Source of the DNA: a virus
Taxonomy: Duplodnaviria; Caudoviricetes
DNA: 61,065 bases
IMG/VR virus record: IMGVR_UViG_3300025767_000015
Span: 1-61,065 of that record
Reading direction: 5' to 3' (one strand)
The notes beneath the pieces were generated by a model. The model was not told the DNA's origin and did not search any database. It was given only the letters and a program-made list of their open reading frames with translations. Shown here one piece after another: positions 1-8,204 of this stretch (positions are counted from its first letter, which is position 1; each line of letters starts with the position of its first letter). The position numbers and the translations under genes are program-made.

Positions 1-2
1 CA

Positions 3-143
3 AAAGATATGCATAAGAATGAGATTAAGAATGCTTACAATCAAGGAAAATACGATACAGAAGACATAGAACGTGGAGGTATGCCTAACTTTCTAACATT
101 TGAAGATTACTACAACGCAACCTTTAATACCGGAGAAAAATGA
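3..143 (+). CDS. hypothetical phage protein, 5'-truncated (..MHKNEIKNAYNQG..YYNATFNTGEK)
   Basis: Manual translation: frame open from the window edge to TGA at 141-143, ATGA-coupled to the next ORF. Confidence 0.6.
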   Translation, partial: KDMHKNEIKNAYNQGKYDTEDIERGGMPNFLTFEDYYNATFNTGEK

Positions 144-271
144 GTGATAAAAATAAAGAAACAGAGGTGTTAAGAGCTTCATTAATGAAGAAAGTTAGTG
201 AACTAAATAATAATGAAATTATATCTTTATATGATTACTTATCTGAATTCTTTAATACCAACGAGAAATGA
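140..271 (+). CDS. 43-aa hypothetical protein (MSDKNKETEVLR..FFNTNEK)
   Basis: Manual translation; ATGA overlaps at both ends. Confidence 0.55.
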   Translation: MSDKNKETEVLRASLMKKVSELNNNEIISLYDYLSEFFNTNEK

Positions 272-363
272 AACAGATTAAACAATTCTTTAAACACCTT
301 GCTTGGTTAGAGCAAGAAAGAGTAAAAGCAATGATTCATTGTGGTAGACCCACATCCATTTAA
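268..363 (+). CDS. 31-aa hypothetical protein (MKQIKQFFKHLAWLEQERVKAMIHCGRPTSI)
   Basis: Manual translation; ATGA-coupled to the upstream ORF. Confidence 0.45.
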   Translation: MKQIKQFFKHLAWLEQERVKAMIHCGRPTSI

Positions 364-373
364 TATTTTAATT

Positions 374-499
374 ATGGATTATTTACTAGGAATACTTTTA
401 ATCTTATGTGGCCTAATTAGCTCAGGATTAGTTATTAGCAGTTTTCATTATGGACATAGAAAAGACCAGGAAAGAAATCAAAAGAACAATTTTAATTGA
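374..499 (+). CDS. 41-aa single-TM membrane protein
   Basis: MDYLLGILLILCGLISSGLVISSF hydrophobic helix followed by a charged tail. Confidence 0.45.
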   Translation: MDYLLGILLILCGLISSGLVISSFHYGHRKDQERNQKNNFN

Positions 500-563
500 G
501 AAATTACTTTGGATTGTTATTGTAATTGATATTACTTTTGGACTATGGTTGATATTATCTTAG
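450..563 (+). CDS. 37-aa single-TM membrane protein
   Basis: MDIEKTRKEIKRTILIEKLLWIVIVIDITFGLWLILS; overlaps both neighbours. Confidence 0.4.
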   Translation: MDIEKTRKEIKRTILIEKLLWIVIVIDITFGLWLILS

Positions 564-634
564 GAATTGTAGTAGTAGTAGCTTGGAATGGCTACTTAAT
601 TTATAAATGGAAACAGAATGAACCAAAGAAGTAA
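545..634 (+). CDS. 29-aa single-TM membrane protein
   Basis: MVDIILGIVVVVAWNGYLIYKWKQNEPKK. Confidence 0.4.
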   Translation: MVDIILGIVVVVAWNGYLIYKWKQNEPKK

Positions 635-905
635 AGATCACCACTTGAAAGTAACTCGTACAGTACTACTTTCACAACTACTACTGGAATCTCTTGATGA
701 TATCAAATCAACCCAATACTATAGGCAGGATGTAAAGAATCTTACTAATAATCTTGAAAAGAAATTAGAATCTTTTCTTATAATGCCTAACCAGTATTTA
801 TTACAAGGTGATAATGAAGTGATTATCAACAAGTTAAGCAGAGGATATGAAAAATTAGTTAATTTAACTTTAGATGAAATTTATGATGAAGACCCCTTGG
901 CATAA
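618..905 (+). CDS. hypothetical protein
   Basis: 95-aa ORF within the + strand gene run. Confidence 0.65.
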   Translation: MNQRSKDHHLKVTRTVLLSQLLLESLDDIKSTQYYRQDVKNLTNNLEKKLESFLIMPNQYLLQGDNEVIINKLSRGYEKLVNLTLDEIYDEDPLA

Positions 906-1287
906 TTATGATAATCCAACAGACATGGTTCTTAAAAACCAAGTTGCTTTTGAAGCTGTTGGTAAAGAACTATCTCAAGCTTTAAACTTAAAGTTTGAAC
1001 AGATCAATGAAAGATATTCTTTTGGCACATGCTCAGTAGGTGATGAAAATGGTAGCCAAGAAGGTTACTCTCTTACATTCTTTTACAGAGATTTTATAGA
1101 TGAAGAGCATATCAAAGCTGCTAAAAGTGTTTTCCCTATGACTATAGGACACATTACTTTTAATTTCTTAACCGTATTTGATTATGATTACGATGATGAA
1201 AGAGACTTTATGCCTTCAGTAGGTTTTAGTGCTCAAGAATCTAACAGTAAAGCTGTCGTATCAGATCATGTATTTTTATATTGGTAG
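874..1287 (+). CDS. hypothetical protein
   Basis: 137-aa ORF; exact start uncertain. Confidence 0.65.
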   Translation: MKFMMKTPWHNYDNPTDMVLKNQVAFEAVGKELSQALNLKFEQINERYSFGTCSVGDENGSQEGYSLTFFYRDFIDEEHIKAAKSVFPMTIGHITFNFLTVFDYDYDDERDFMPSVGFSAQESNSKAVVSDHVFLYW

Positions 1288-1289
1288 AC

Positions 1290-1652
1290 ATGAAAAAACA
1301 AATTGAACAGATAAAAGAGTTTGAAAAAGCATTTAAGATTGATGCTAGCATGCAAACACCTTTTACTAAATTTAATCTTCTTTTAGAAGAGCTAGAAGAG
1401 TATGTATCCGCAGCTAAAGCTGATGATCAATTAGAAATAGCTGATGCTATTACTGATATGCTCTATGTTTTGTTTGGTTTTGTAACTAAACACCAACTAG
1501 AAGATAAGATTGAAGCTTTATTTGATGAAGTTCATTCATCTAATATGAGTAAATTAGATATTGAAGGCAACCCTATATACCGTGAAGATGGTAAAGTATT
1601 AAAGGGTGCTCTATATTTTAAACCAAATCTTCAAAAAATATTAGACGCTTAG
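1290..1652 (+). CDS. MazG-like all-alpha NTP pyrophosphohydrolase (dUTPase-like, DR2231/PRA-PH type)
   Basis: EELEEY..EIADAITDMLYV..G and EVHSSNMSKL..G.PIYREDGKVLKG motifs. ATG at 1290 preferred over TTG at 1281. Confidence 0.85.
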   Translation: MKKQIEQIKEFEKAFKIDASMQTPFTKFNLLLEELEEYVSAAKADDQLEIADAITDMLYVLFGFVTKHQLEDKIEALFDEVHSSNMSKLDIEGNPIYREDGKVLKGALYFKPNLQKILDA

Positions 1653-1705
1653 CTATACTCTAGAGTCTATATATTTTAAACTATTGTATAGGTATTAAAT
1701 AAGTT

Positions 1706-1713
1706 TATTTTTG
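1706..1713 (+). promoter_or_regulatory. possible Bacteroidota sigma-A -7 element (TAnnTTTG)
   Basis: TATTTTTG ending 17 nt before ATG 1730, in an intergenic gap. Confidence 0.3.
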
Positions 1714-1729
1714 TTTAAACGCCTGTATA

Positions 1730-1990
1730 ATGTTATACCAATTGCCTAGCGGTAAAGTAATAGAAATTAGTTTAGATCATTATTTGTCTATGACAGATGA
1801 AGAGCTAAATGAATTCACACGCTTAAGCTTAGGTAATACGGTAGAGAATCCTTTTGCTGGTTCAGCACTGGATGGTAAATACATGGCCTATGAAGATATT
1901 GAGGAAGATCTGGATACAGAACCTGATCTTACTGATATAGATATAGACATGAAACTCATGGATGAAGATTTTCAACGTGATGACATATAA
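1730..1990 (+). CDS. acidic hypothetical protein
   Basis: 86 aa; MLYQLPSGKVIEIS N-terminus and D/E-rich tail. Confidence 0.75.
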   Translation: MLYQLPSGKVIEISLDHYLSMTDEELNEFTRLSLGNTVENPFAGSALDGKYMAYEDIEEDLDTEPDLTDIDIDMKLMDEDFQRDDI

Positions 1991-2018
1991 TAACCTGCTA
2001 CCTTAAGCAATGGTAAGG

Positions 2019-2061
2019 ACCCGTAAGTATACCATTAGAACTGCTTACGGGTTTATTTTTT
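2019..2061 (+). terminator. intrinsic terminator
   Basis: 11-bp stem ACCCGTAAGTA/TGCTTACGGGT followed by TTATTTTTT. Confidence 0.7.
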
Positions 2062-2069
2062 AACCTCAT

Positions 2070-2094
2070 GCCTCACATTCAGTGGGGCTTTTTT
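2070..2094 (+). terminator. second tandem terminator-like hairpin
   Basis: GCCTCAC-ATTCA-GTGGGGC followed by TTTTTT. Confidence 0.55.
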
Positions 2095-2111
2095 ATTTAA
2101 TAAATTTTATT

Positions 2112-2690
2112 ATGAACAACAAAGTAACAGTACAAGAAAACAAAGACGGTCAAGTAGTAAATGTAAATACTAATAATCCAGACTATGGATACGTAAGAGT
2201 AGGACAAACTATTTCTAGATTTAACTCAGATGGTTGGTTAAGTACAGAGACTCGTTCTTTTCTACTTAAAGGTAAATTAAACGAATTACAAAATTCAGGA
2301 TTATCTGCAGGATTTGAAATGCCAGGTAAACTTGTACGTCAAGAATCATTAGAACCATTTAGTGACTATAGTCAACCTAAAGTAGCTGGTGAAAGTGGTG
2401 TAGTATGTAAAGTAGATGGTCAACCTATTTACTCTCGTGTAGTATATGATAGATCAGGTACAATGGAAGATACTCTTATTGCACATGACAACAAAGAAGA
2501 AATCATAGCTGCCATAGCTGGTAACAATGTAAAGCCAATGATTAACCCTGCTGATATTTCTGAAGCATTTGAAACAGAAGCTACAGATTCTAAAGTAGAT
2601 AACTCTTTAAATGAAGAAGTTGAAGTTGAAGAAGTTATAGATGAGATAGAAGAAATAGAAGAAGATCTAGATACAGACTTCGTACTATAA
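2112..2690 (+). CDS. hypothetical protein, possible ssDNA-binding protein
   Basis: Beta-rich N-terminus and a very acidic tail ending in hydrophobic residues (DTDFVL). ATG 2112 preferred because GTG 2082 lies inside the terminator hairpin. Confidence 0.6.
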   Translation: MNNKVTVQENKDGQVVNVNTNNPDYGYVRVGQTISRFNSDGWLSTETRSFLLKGKLNELQNSGLSAGFEMPGKLVRQESLEPFSDYSQPKVAGESGVVCKVDGQPIYSRVVYDRSGTMEDTLIAHDNKEEIIAAIAGNNVKPMINPADISEAFETEATDSKVDNSLNEEVEVEEVIDEIEEIEEDLDTDFVL

Positions 2691-2692
2691 TT

Positions 2693-2728
2693 ATATATGG
2701 GGGGAGGAAACTCCCCTCTATATTTTTT
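2693..2728 (+). terminator. intrinsic terminator
   Basis: GGGGAG-GAAA-CTCCCC hairpin (GNRA loop) followed by a T-run. Confidence 0.8.
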
Positions 2729-2754
2729 GTATCTTTAAGTCTTAATTAAAACCT

Positions 2755-3096
2755 ATGGAATACAATAGTTTTACACCTGAAGAGATCGTTTTTTTATATT
2801 TAAGACATAAAAAGTACATAACTGTACACAACCAGGTAGCTGAGTCTATTAGAGAACTTAACAAAGAAGGTGTTGAGACTAAGCCCTCTATTGAAGACTT
2901 AAAAGATAACTCTCATGTTTTATTATTAGAACAACTCAATGAAAAGTTAGAACCCATATTTGAAATCATTACGGATACTGACCCTGATCTACTTGAAAGA
3001 ATAGAAAAGGTAGTTGATAACCCTATGAATCTAATGGATGGTGAAGACTTTGATTTTGATGCTGATGATGATGAAGATGATTCAAATTTATTTTAA
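2755..3096 (+). CDS. hypothetical protein with acidic tail
   Basis: 113-aa ORF, TAATG-coupled to the next gene. Confidence 0.7.
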   Translation: MEYNSFTPEEIVFLYLRHKKYITVHNQVAESIRELNKEGVETKPSIEDLKDNSHVLLLEQLNEKLEPIFEIITDTDPDLLERIEKVVDNPMNLMDGEDFDFDADDDEDDSNLF

Positions 3097-3500
3097 TGCA
3101 ACAAAGAAAAAAACCTTGTGCAGGCTGTGAGTCTGAACAATTCATTTGGAAAAGAGAAGGAAGAGACCTGTATTGCAGATCTTGTTGGAATAAAGTAAGA
3201 GCTAAAACAGATGATGCTCCTAAATTAAACAAGGTATCAGCTAGAAAGGCTTCAGAAGATAAGGTATATACTAAATTGCGTAGAGATTTCTTATTACAGA
3301 AACCTTTTTGTGAAGCTAGATTACCTGAATGTACTGTTAAAGGTACAGATATCCACCACACATATTTTGGCAATGACAGAAGTAAGTACTACTTGATAAC
3401 ATCTACATGGAAAACTGTGTGTAGATCTTGCCATAATCAAATTCATGATAAACTAACCCAAGAAGAATTACTAGAACTTGGATTAAAACGTAAAGATTAA
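3096..3500 (+). CDS. HNH endonuclease with N-terminal zinc ribbon
   Basis: CAGC..CRSC ribbon, then CEARLPEC..DIHH..VCRSCHNQIH. Confidence 0.75.
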   Translation: MQQRKKPCAGCESEQFIWKREGRDLYCRSCWNKVRAKTDDAPKLNKVSARKASEDKVYTKLRRDFLLQKPFCEARLPECTVKGTDIHHTYFGNDRSKYYLITSTWKTVCRSCHNQIHDKLTQEELLELGLKRKD

Positions 3501-3733
3501 TGTTTAGAATAACAGATAAAGTAAAATATACCTTAACAGCTAAGCTGACTATAGGTGATAAAACACAATCTATTATTACTTGGATCAACAGTAACCCTGT
3601 TCTTCTACAAAGACACTTAATTAAAACCCCTAGTATCAAATTAAATCCTCATGGTGAGGTTACTTTAAAAAAGAAACTAAATGAAGACACGGGAAGTAAT
3701 ACAAAAAGAAGCCCTAGAGGTAGCACTAAATAA
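3500..3733 (+). CDS. hypothetical basic protein
   Basis: 77 aa; TAATG-coupled start. Confidence 0.5.
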   Translation: MFRITDKVKYTLTAKLTIGDKTQSIITWINSNPVLLQRHLIKTPSIKLNPHGEVTLKKKLNEDTGSNTKRSPRGSTK

Positions 3734-4796
3734 CACCCGTTGTACTCTTGCAATATCTATGGGCGTAGGTAAGACACTCATAGGCTTGCAACACATGGCT
3801 AAAGTTTATAAGCCAGAATCTAAATTTTTAGTAGCAGCACCCAAACTTTCAATATTTGAATCATGGAAAGCTGATGCTGTAAAATTCAAACTATCATACT
3901 TACTTGATAGTATTACGTTTACTACTTACAGATCTTTAGAGAAACAAGAAGAAGCATATGATTACATCTATCTAGATGAATGTCATAGTCTTAAGTATAG
4001 TCATGATTTTTATTTGATGTCTCATAAAGGTGGTATACTTGGTTTAACCGGTACTCCACCAGAAAGAAGAGGCAATGAAAAATATGAAATGGTTTCTAAA
4101 CTTTGTCCCGTTATGTACAAGTTTGGAGTTGATGATGCTACAGAAAATAACATTCTCAATGATTACCAGATCATAATACACACTATGCCCATTAGTTCTC
4201 AAGACAACATGTATGTGAAAACTAAAACAGGAGGTTCATTTAAAACTAGTGAGGTAGCTCAATATAACTTTTGGAGTAGTCGTGTAGAAAGTTCTCCACC
4301 AGGTAAAGCTAAAGCAATAGCTTCTGTTCAGAGAATGAAATCTATGATGAACTTCAAAACTAAAGAAAGATATACCTCAGCTCTTGTAAATCAAATAGAT
4401 GACAAGTGTATCATTTTTGCAAATACTAAAGATCAAGCAGATACTTTATGTAATTACAGCTATCATTCTAGTAATCCAGATAGCAAAGACAACTTAGAAA
4501 GCTTTAAAGAAGGCCATATAAGACGTTTAAGCTGCGTTCTACAGCTAAGTGAAGGTGTAACTATACCTGACTTAAAAGCAGGCGTTATATTGCATGCTTA
4601 TGGTAATGAAACTAAAAGTGCTCAGCGTATTGGTAGACTCCTTAGATTAAACCCTAATGATAAAGCTACCTGTCACATCTTAGCATATGAAAATACTATA
4701 GACATGATGTGGATTAAGAAAGCTTTAAAGAGTTTTGACTCTAAAAAGATTAAGTATTATGATCATATAAATTTTACCTACAAAGACTATGAATAA
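3681..4796 (+). CDS. superfamily 2 DExH helicase (UvsW/ResIII-like)
   Basis: MGVGKT (motif I), DECH (II), GLTGTP (III), EGVTIP (V), QRIGRLLR (VI). Confidence 0.9.
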   Translation: MKTREVIQKEALEVALNNTRCTLAISMGVGKTLIGLQHMAKVYKPESKFLVAAPKLSIFESWKADAVKFKLSYLLDSITFTTYRSLEKQEEAYDYIYLDECHSLKYSHDFYLMSHKGGILGLTGTPPERRGNEKYEMVSKLCPVMYKFGVDDATENNILNDYQIIIHTMPISSQDNMYVKTKTGGSFKTSEVAQYNFWSSRVESSPPGKAKAIASVQRMKSMMNFKTKERYTSALVNQIDDKCIIFANTKDQADTLCNYSYHSSNPDSKDNLESFKEGHIRRLSCVLQLSEGVTIPDLKAGVILHAYGNETKSAQRIGRLLRLNPNDKATCHILAYENTIDMMWIKKALKSFDSKKIKYYDHINFTYKDYE

Positions 4797-5163
4797 TTTA
4801 CAAGTAACACTCACAAAGACAGACGGTAAACTATTATTTAGAAATACTACAGAAGAAAAAGCGTATAATGATTTTATACAAAATCTTCCTGAAGGGGCTC
4901 AAGCTGAAATCTTTATGAGTACGGATGCTAGTGGTAAGAGTACAAATAGCCAGCTTGCTAAAATACATAAGTCTATTAGAGATCTATCTGCATTTACAGG
5001 TAGTACCTTTGAAGACATGAAGCTAGAGACAAAAAGAAAAGCAGGACTTTATTCAAGCTCTGCTTCTCCTAAATCTTTTGCTGACTGCAGTAAAGAAGAA
5101 ATTAATCTTGCTATACAAGCAGTAATTGAAATTGGTGACTTTGTAGGAATTAATCTTCGTTAG
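4789..5163 (+). CDS. hypothetical protein, NinB-like
   Basis: STNSQLAKIH..L...TG..FEDMK..KSFADCSKEE..AIQ pattern resembles phage NinB-type proteins. Confidence 0.45.
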   Translation: MNNLQVTLTKTDGKLLFRNTTEEKAYNDFIQNLPEGAQAEIFMSTDASGKSTNSQLAKIHKSIRDLSAFTGSTFEDMKLETKRKAGLYSSSASPKSFADCSKEEINLAIQAVIEIGDFVGINLR

Positions 5164-5425
5164 TTTCCTCAACGTCTTTCTCAGTAATCTTGTCTTGCTT
5201 CTTAGCTTCTTCTTCTATTTCACGCATAAGAACTACAACTGTTTGTAAATGAGCAACATACTCATCATCAATCTGATTGTTTTTAATTTTTTCAAAAACT
5301 TCAGTTACAAACTCAGGTTCTTTACCATCTAATAGATAGAACATAAGAGCTTGAACACGAGCGTAAAAGCTTCCGTTTACTTGGATATCAATGATATCGT
5401 CTTCTTTAATAGTACTAATAAGCAT
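5150..5425 (-). CDS. hypothetical protein (antisense island)
   Basis: 91-aa ORF filling the gap between + strand genes; late-type motif about 23 nt upstream. Confidence 0.7.
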   Translation of the reverse strand: MLISTIKEDDIIDIQVNGSFYARVQALMFYLLDGKEPEFVTEVFEKIKNNQIDDEYVAHLQTVVVLMREIEEEAKKQDKITEKDVEETNED

Positions 5426-5430
5426 AATTC

Positions 5431-6132
5431 ATGAATAACGTTAAGTCTAATATAATAAACTCTGAGGAGTTTAGAGAGCTAATATACAAAAAGTTAGAAC
5501 CAACTGGTTGGAATACAGCTCTTAGAATGCATATTAAATCTAATCAGTTTATTACACTGCTGGATAATTTAAAAAATGAAGTAGATCTTAACAACAGATT
5601 TACACCTACGTTTAAGAATGTATTCAATGCATTTGAAACTTCATCTTATGATAGCACCAGTGTAATTTTATTAGGGTCTGAACCTTATTTAAGAATACAT
5701 GAAGCAGATGGCCTAGCATATTCTTGTAGCAGATTAGTAAGACCTAAAACATCTTTAGTAAATATTCAAAAAGCTATTGGTGAAAGTGTACCAAACAGTT
5801 TATGTAAAACCAACAGTCTTAGATACTTAGGAGATGAGGGTGTATTGCTTTTAAATACTTCTTTAACGGGTCAAATAAGTAAACCAAACAAACATGAGCA
5901 GTACTGGAAACCTTTTATAGCTCATTTACTTGATCATCTTAGTAGTAATAAACCTAACATGGTATATCTACTATTAGGAGAACAAGCACATTTTTGGGAA
6001 GACCTTATAGATAATACAGACAACATTGTTAAAGCACCTGACCCAAGTATTACTCCTTGGGAACATAATGATTGCTTTAATAAAGTTAATGAGATTCTGG
6101 TTTCACAGGAGTTGCCAGAAATTAAGTGGTAG
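5431..6132 (+). CDS. ung: uracil-DNA glycosylase family 1 homolog with degenerate active site
   Basis: VFNAF, VILLGSEPY, ADGLAYS, SLVNI, GVLLLNTSLT, LLLG..A and APDPS align to UNG motifs. Confidence 0.8.
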   Translation: MNNVKSNIINSEEFRELIYKKLEPTGWNTALRMHIKSNQFITLLDNLKNEVDLNNRFTPTFKNVFNAFETSSYDSTSVILLGSEPYLRIHEADGLAYSCSRLVRPKTSLVNIQKAIGESVPNSLCKTNSLRYLGDEGVLLLNTSLTGQISKPNKHEQYWKPFIAHLLDHLSSNKPNMVYLLLGEQAHFWEDLIDNTDNIVKAPDPSITPWEHNDCFNKVNEILVSQELPEIKW

Positions 6133-6151
6133 AGGGGAGCAATCCCTTCTA
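6130..6151. terminator. hairpin between convergent genes
   Basis: TAGAGGGGA-GCAA-TCCCTTCTA. Confidence 0.65.
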
Positions 6152-6155
6152 TCAT

Positions 6156-6743
6156 TTAAAATGGTAACAGCTTTCTTACTTTAAGATAGGCTCCTGCAGC
6201 TACTACAGCTATTAAAGCAAATACAAAAACTTTAAACTTTCTTTGAGCTGCAATTAGATCACCTTCTATTTCTTTAATAAGTATATTACGTTCTCTAACT
6301 GTAAGTTCTAAGTCAGATTTTAAAGAATCAAGTATGAGTATATCTTTTTTAAGAATGCTTTCTAATGATAGATCACGTACTGTTTCAGTCTTAGTAACTG
6401 TTTTATATTGAACTTTAACAGGGCAGCCTATTGATAAAACTCCTGCAGAATCTATGCTTAGAGTAGTACCATCTGTGAAAACAGTATCAATTTCTTTATA
6501 TAAAGTAATAGAATTGATAGCAGCTGAGTCAGATTGATATAGTGTATCCACTCTTGTTTCTACAACAGTATCATTGATACAGTAACCTTGACGTATAACT
6601 TCAATGGCTACAATATCTAACTTTGATTTATCTTTAAGTACTTGCTTTATTGGATTACACTGAAGGAGTAGCAATGCTGTCAGAATCAAGCAGCTTTTCA
6701 GGAATAATGGCAAAAAATTGAGGGATGAGAATTGTGTCTTCAT
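6156..6743 (-). CDS. putative unimolecular spanin (N-terminal lipoprotein signal plus C-terminal TM)
   Basis: Hydrophobic signal ending LLLLQC, beta-rich then coiled-coil middle, C-terminal TM VFVFALIAVVAAGAYL plus KVRK. Start ambiguous (6776, 6758 or 6743). Confidence 0.6.
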   Translation of the reverse strand: MKTQFSSLNFLPLFLKSCLILTALLLLQCNPIKQVLKDKSKLDIVAIEVIRQGYCINDTVVETRVDTLYQSDSAAINSITLYKEIDTVFTDGTTLSIDSAGVLSIGCPVKVQYKTVTKTETVRDLSLESILKKDILILDSLKSDLELTVRERNILIKEIEGDLIAAQRKFKVFVFALIAVVAAGAYLKVRKLLPF

Positions 6744-6975
6744 GATTTTGGTTTTCATTTTGAGATACAGCATCAAACTTTATTCTTAATGCTTGAACTT
6801 CTTTTTCAAGATAGTCAATTTTAACCTGATCTCTCTCAGACTGAGCCAGTAACGTTTTAATATCCTGCTTCATTTCTTGCAGGCTTGTATTTAACATGCC
6901 TACTGCAAAAGCAAAAACAGCTGGTAAAGCCCAAGCTTTTACTGCTGTTATAACTGAAGAATCATTTGCACTCAT
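6655..6975 (-). CDS. N-terminal TM plus coiled-coil protein (holin/lysis-accessory-like)
   Basis: AWALPAVFAFAVGML TM followed by heptad-like LQEMKQDIKTL..LEKEVQAL. Confidence 0.6.
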   Translation of the reverse strand: MSANDSSVITAVKAWALPAVFAFAVGMLNTSLQEMKQDIKTLLAQSERDQVKIDYLEKEVQALRIKFDAVSQNENQNHEDTILIPQFFAIIPEKLLDSDSIATPSV

Positions 6976-7050
6976 GTGTACAATTTATTATCTTTATAGG
7001 CTCACTCTTTATGTAAAGAGCATAACATTACTAGCTGTTACTGTTAGTAA

Positions 7051-7062
7051 TAATATACAAAA
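7051..7062 (-). promoter_or_regulatory. putative phage late promoter TTTTGTATATTA
   Basis: Identical 12-mer at 50789-50800; variants lie upstream of other - strand units. Confidence 0.55.
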
Positions 7063-7095
7063 GATGAGCCACTTATCCTACAAAACTAAATAACA

Positions 7096-7653
7096 ATGAG
7101 AAAAAAATATAGTAAGCATCACATTGAAGTTATTACTGAACAAGCGGCTTTAGAAAACCTTTGGGCTAATATTAAAGAAAATTATTCGGTAAGTGAAACT
7201 AGAGATAGATATAATGTCATGTATAGGCATTCAACAATGGTAGCCATAAGAGTACATGGAAACATATCCTTATCAATAATAGGTAGAATATTCAAAAGAA
7301 ATCATGCAACTGTTATTCATGCTCAGAAAAATCATGAGGCTAATTATAAATATGATAAAAGCTATAGAGAAATTTTCTTAGCAGTAGAGAAATTAGTTAA
7401 AGATGCTCTTGATGAATATGATTTAAGGCATGTAGAAATTCAAGACCTAAGTCAAACTTCTATGGATTACACATCTGTAGTAAGAGTATATAAGCAGCAA
7501 GTAAATGAACTTGAGCTAACTATTGCTAAACTTAAGTTAGAAGTTTCAGAAGCTAATACCTTAAGAGATCATGCAAATAAGAATGCTAAAGAGATTTACG
7601 AACGTAATAAATCTTTAAATGAATTAGTCATACGCTATAAAAATCTTATATAA
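7096..7653 (+). CDS. DnaA domain IV-like HTH protein with C-terminal coiled coil
   Basis: SLSIIGRIFKRNHATVIHA matches the DnaA signature SLxxIGxxFxxRDHTTVxHA. Confidence 0.7.
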   Translation: MRKKYSKHHIEVITEQAALENLWANIKENYSVSETRDRYNVMYRHSTMVAIRVHGNISLSIIGRIFKRNHATVIHAQKNHEANYKYDKSYREIFLAVEKLVKDALDEYDLRHVEIQDLSQTSMDYTSVVRVYKQQVNELELTIAKLKLEVSEANTLRDHANKNAKEIYERNKSLNELVIRYKNLI

Positions 7654-8204
7654 TGAGTCAAATTAAATTTCTTGCATACCTAGCAAGCAAAGATTTAACA
7701 CCAAGTGAGTATGCTTATGCTTATTGTTATGTAAATCAAGTTGCAATTTTTAAGGATTTAAAAGTAGATCCTAATCTTTTACATAAGAAAAACATTTTAA
7801 TAAAAAATGGTGAAGGATGGCTACCCACTAAAAAAGCTAAGACTATTGTAAAGCAGTCAGAACTATTTTTTCTAAATGATGAAACCACTACCAAAACTTT
7901 TGATTCAAATAAACTTGGAGAGCTAGCAGAGTATCTTCAGTATGTTTTTCCAAAAGATAATGGTGAAGGTAGATTGCTAAGATCTAATAAGAAAGACATT
8001 ATGCAAACCCTTAGAAAGTTTTTTATAAAGTATGATCATGATATGAATACTGTAGCAAGAGCAACTGATGAATATGTTAGAGAACATATTGAAAATCAAA
8101 AGACTCATATACTAATGAACATTACATACTTTATATTAAAAAGCAATAGAAGTACTTTAGCTACTTATTGTGATGAAATAATTAATCCAGACGATAAGAT
8201 ATGA
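7653..8204 (+). CDS. hypothetical protein, possible replication initiator/helicase loader
   Basis: 183 aa, translationally coupled immediately upstream of DnaB; function inferred from position only. Confidence 0.55.
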   Translation: MSQIKFLAYLASKDLTPSEYAYAYCYVNQVAIFKDLKVDPNLLHKKNILIKNGEGWLPTKKAKTIVKQSELFFLNDETTTKTFDSNKLGELAEYLQYVFPKDNGEGRLLRSNKKDIMQTLRKFFIKYDHDMNTVARATDEYVREHIENQKTHILMNITYFILKSNRSTLATYCDEIINPDDKI

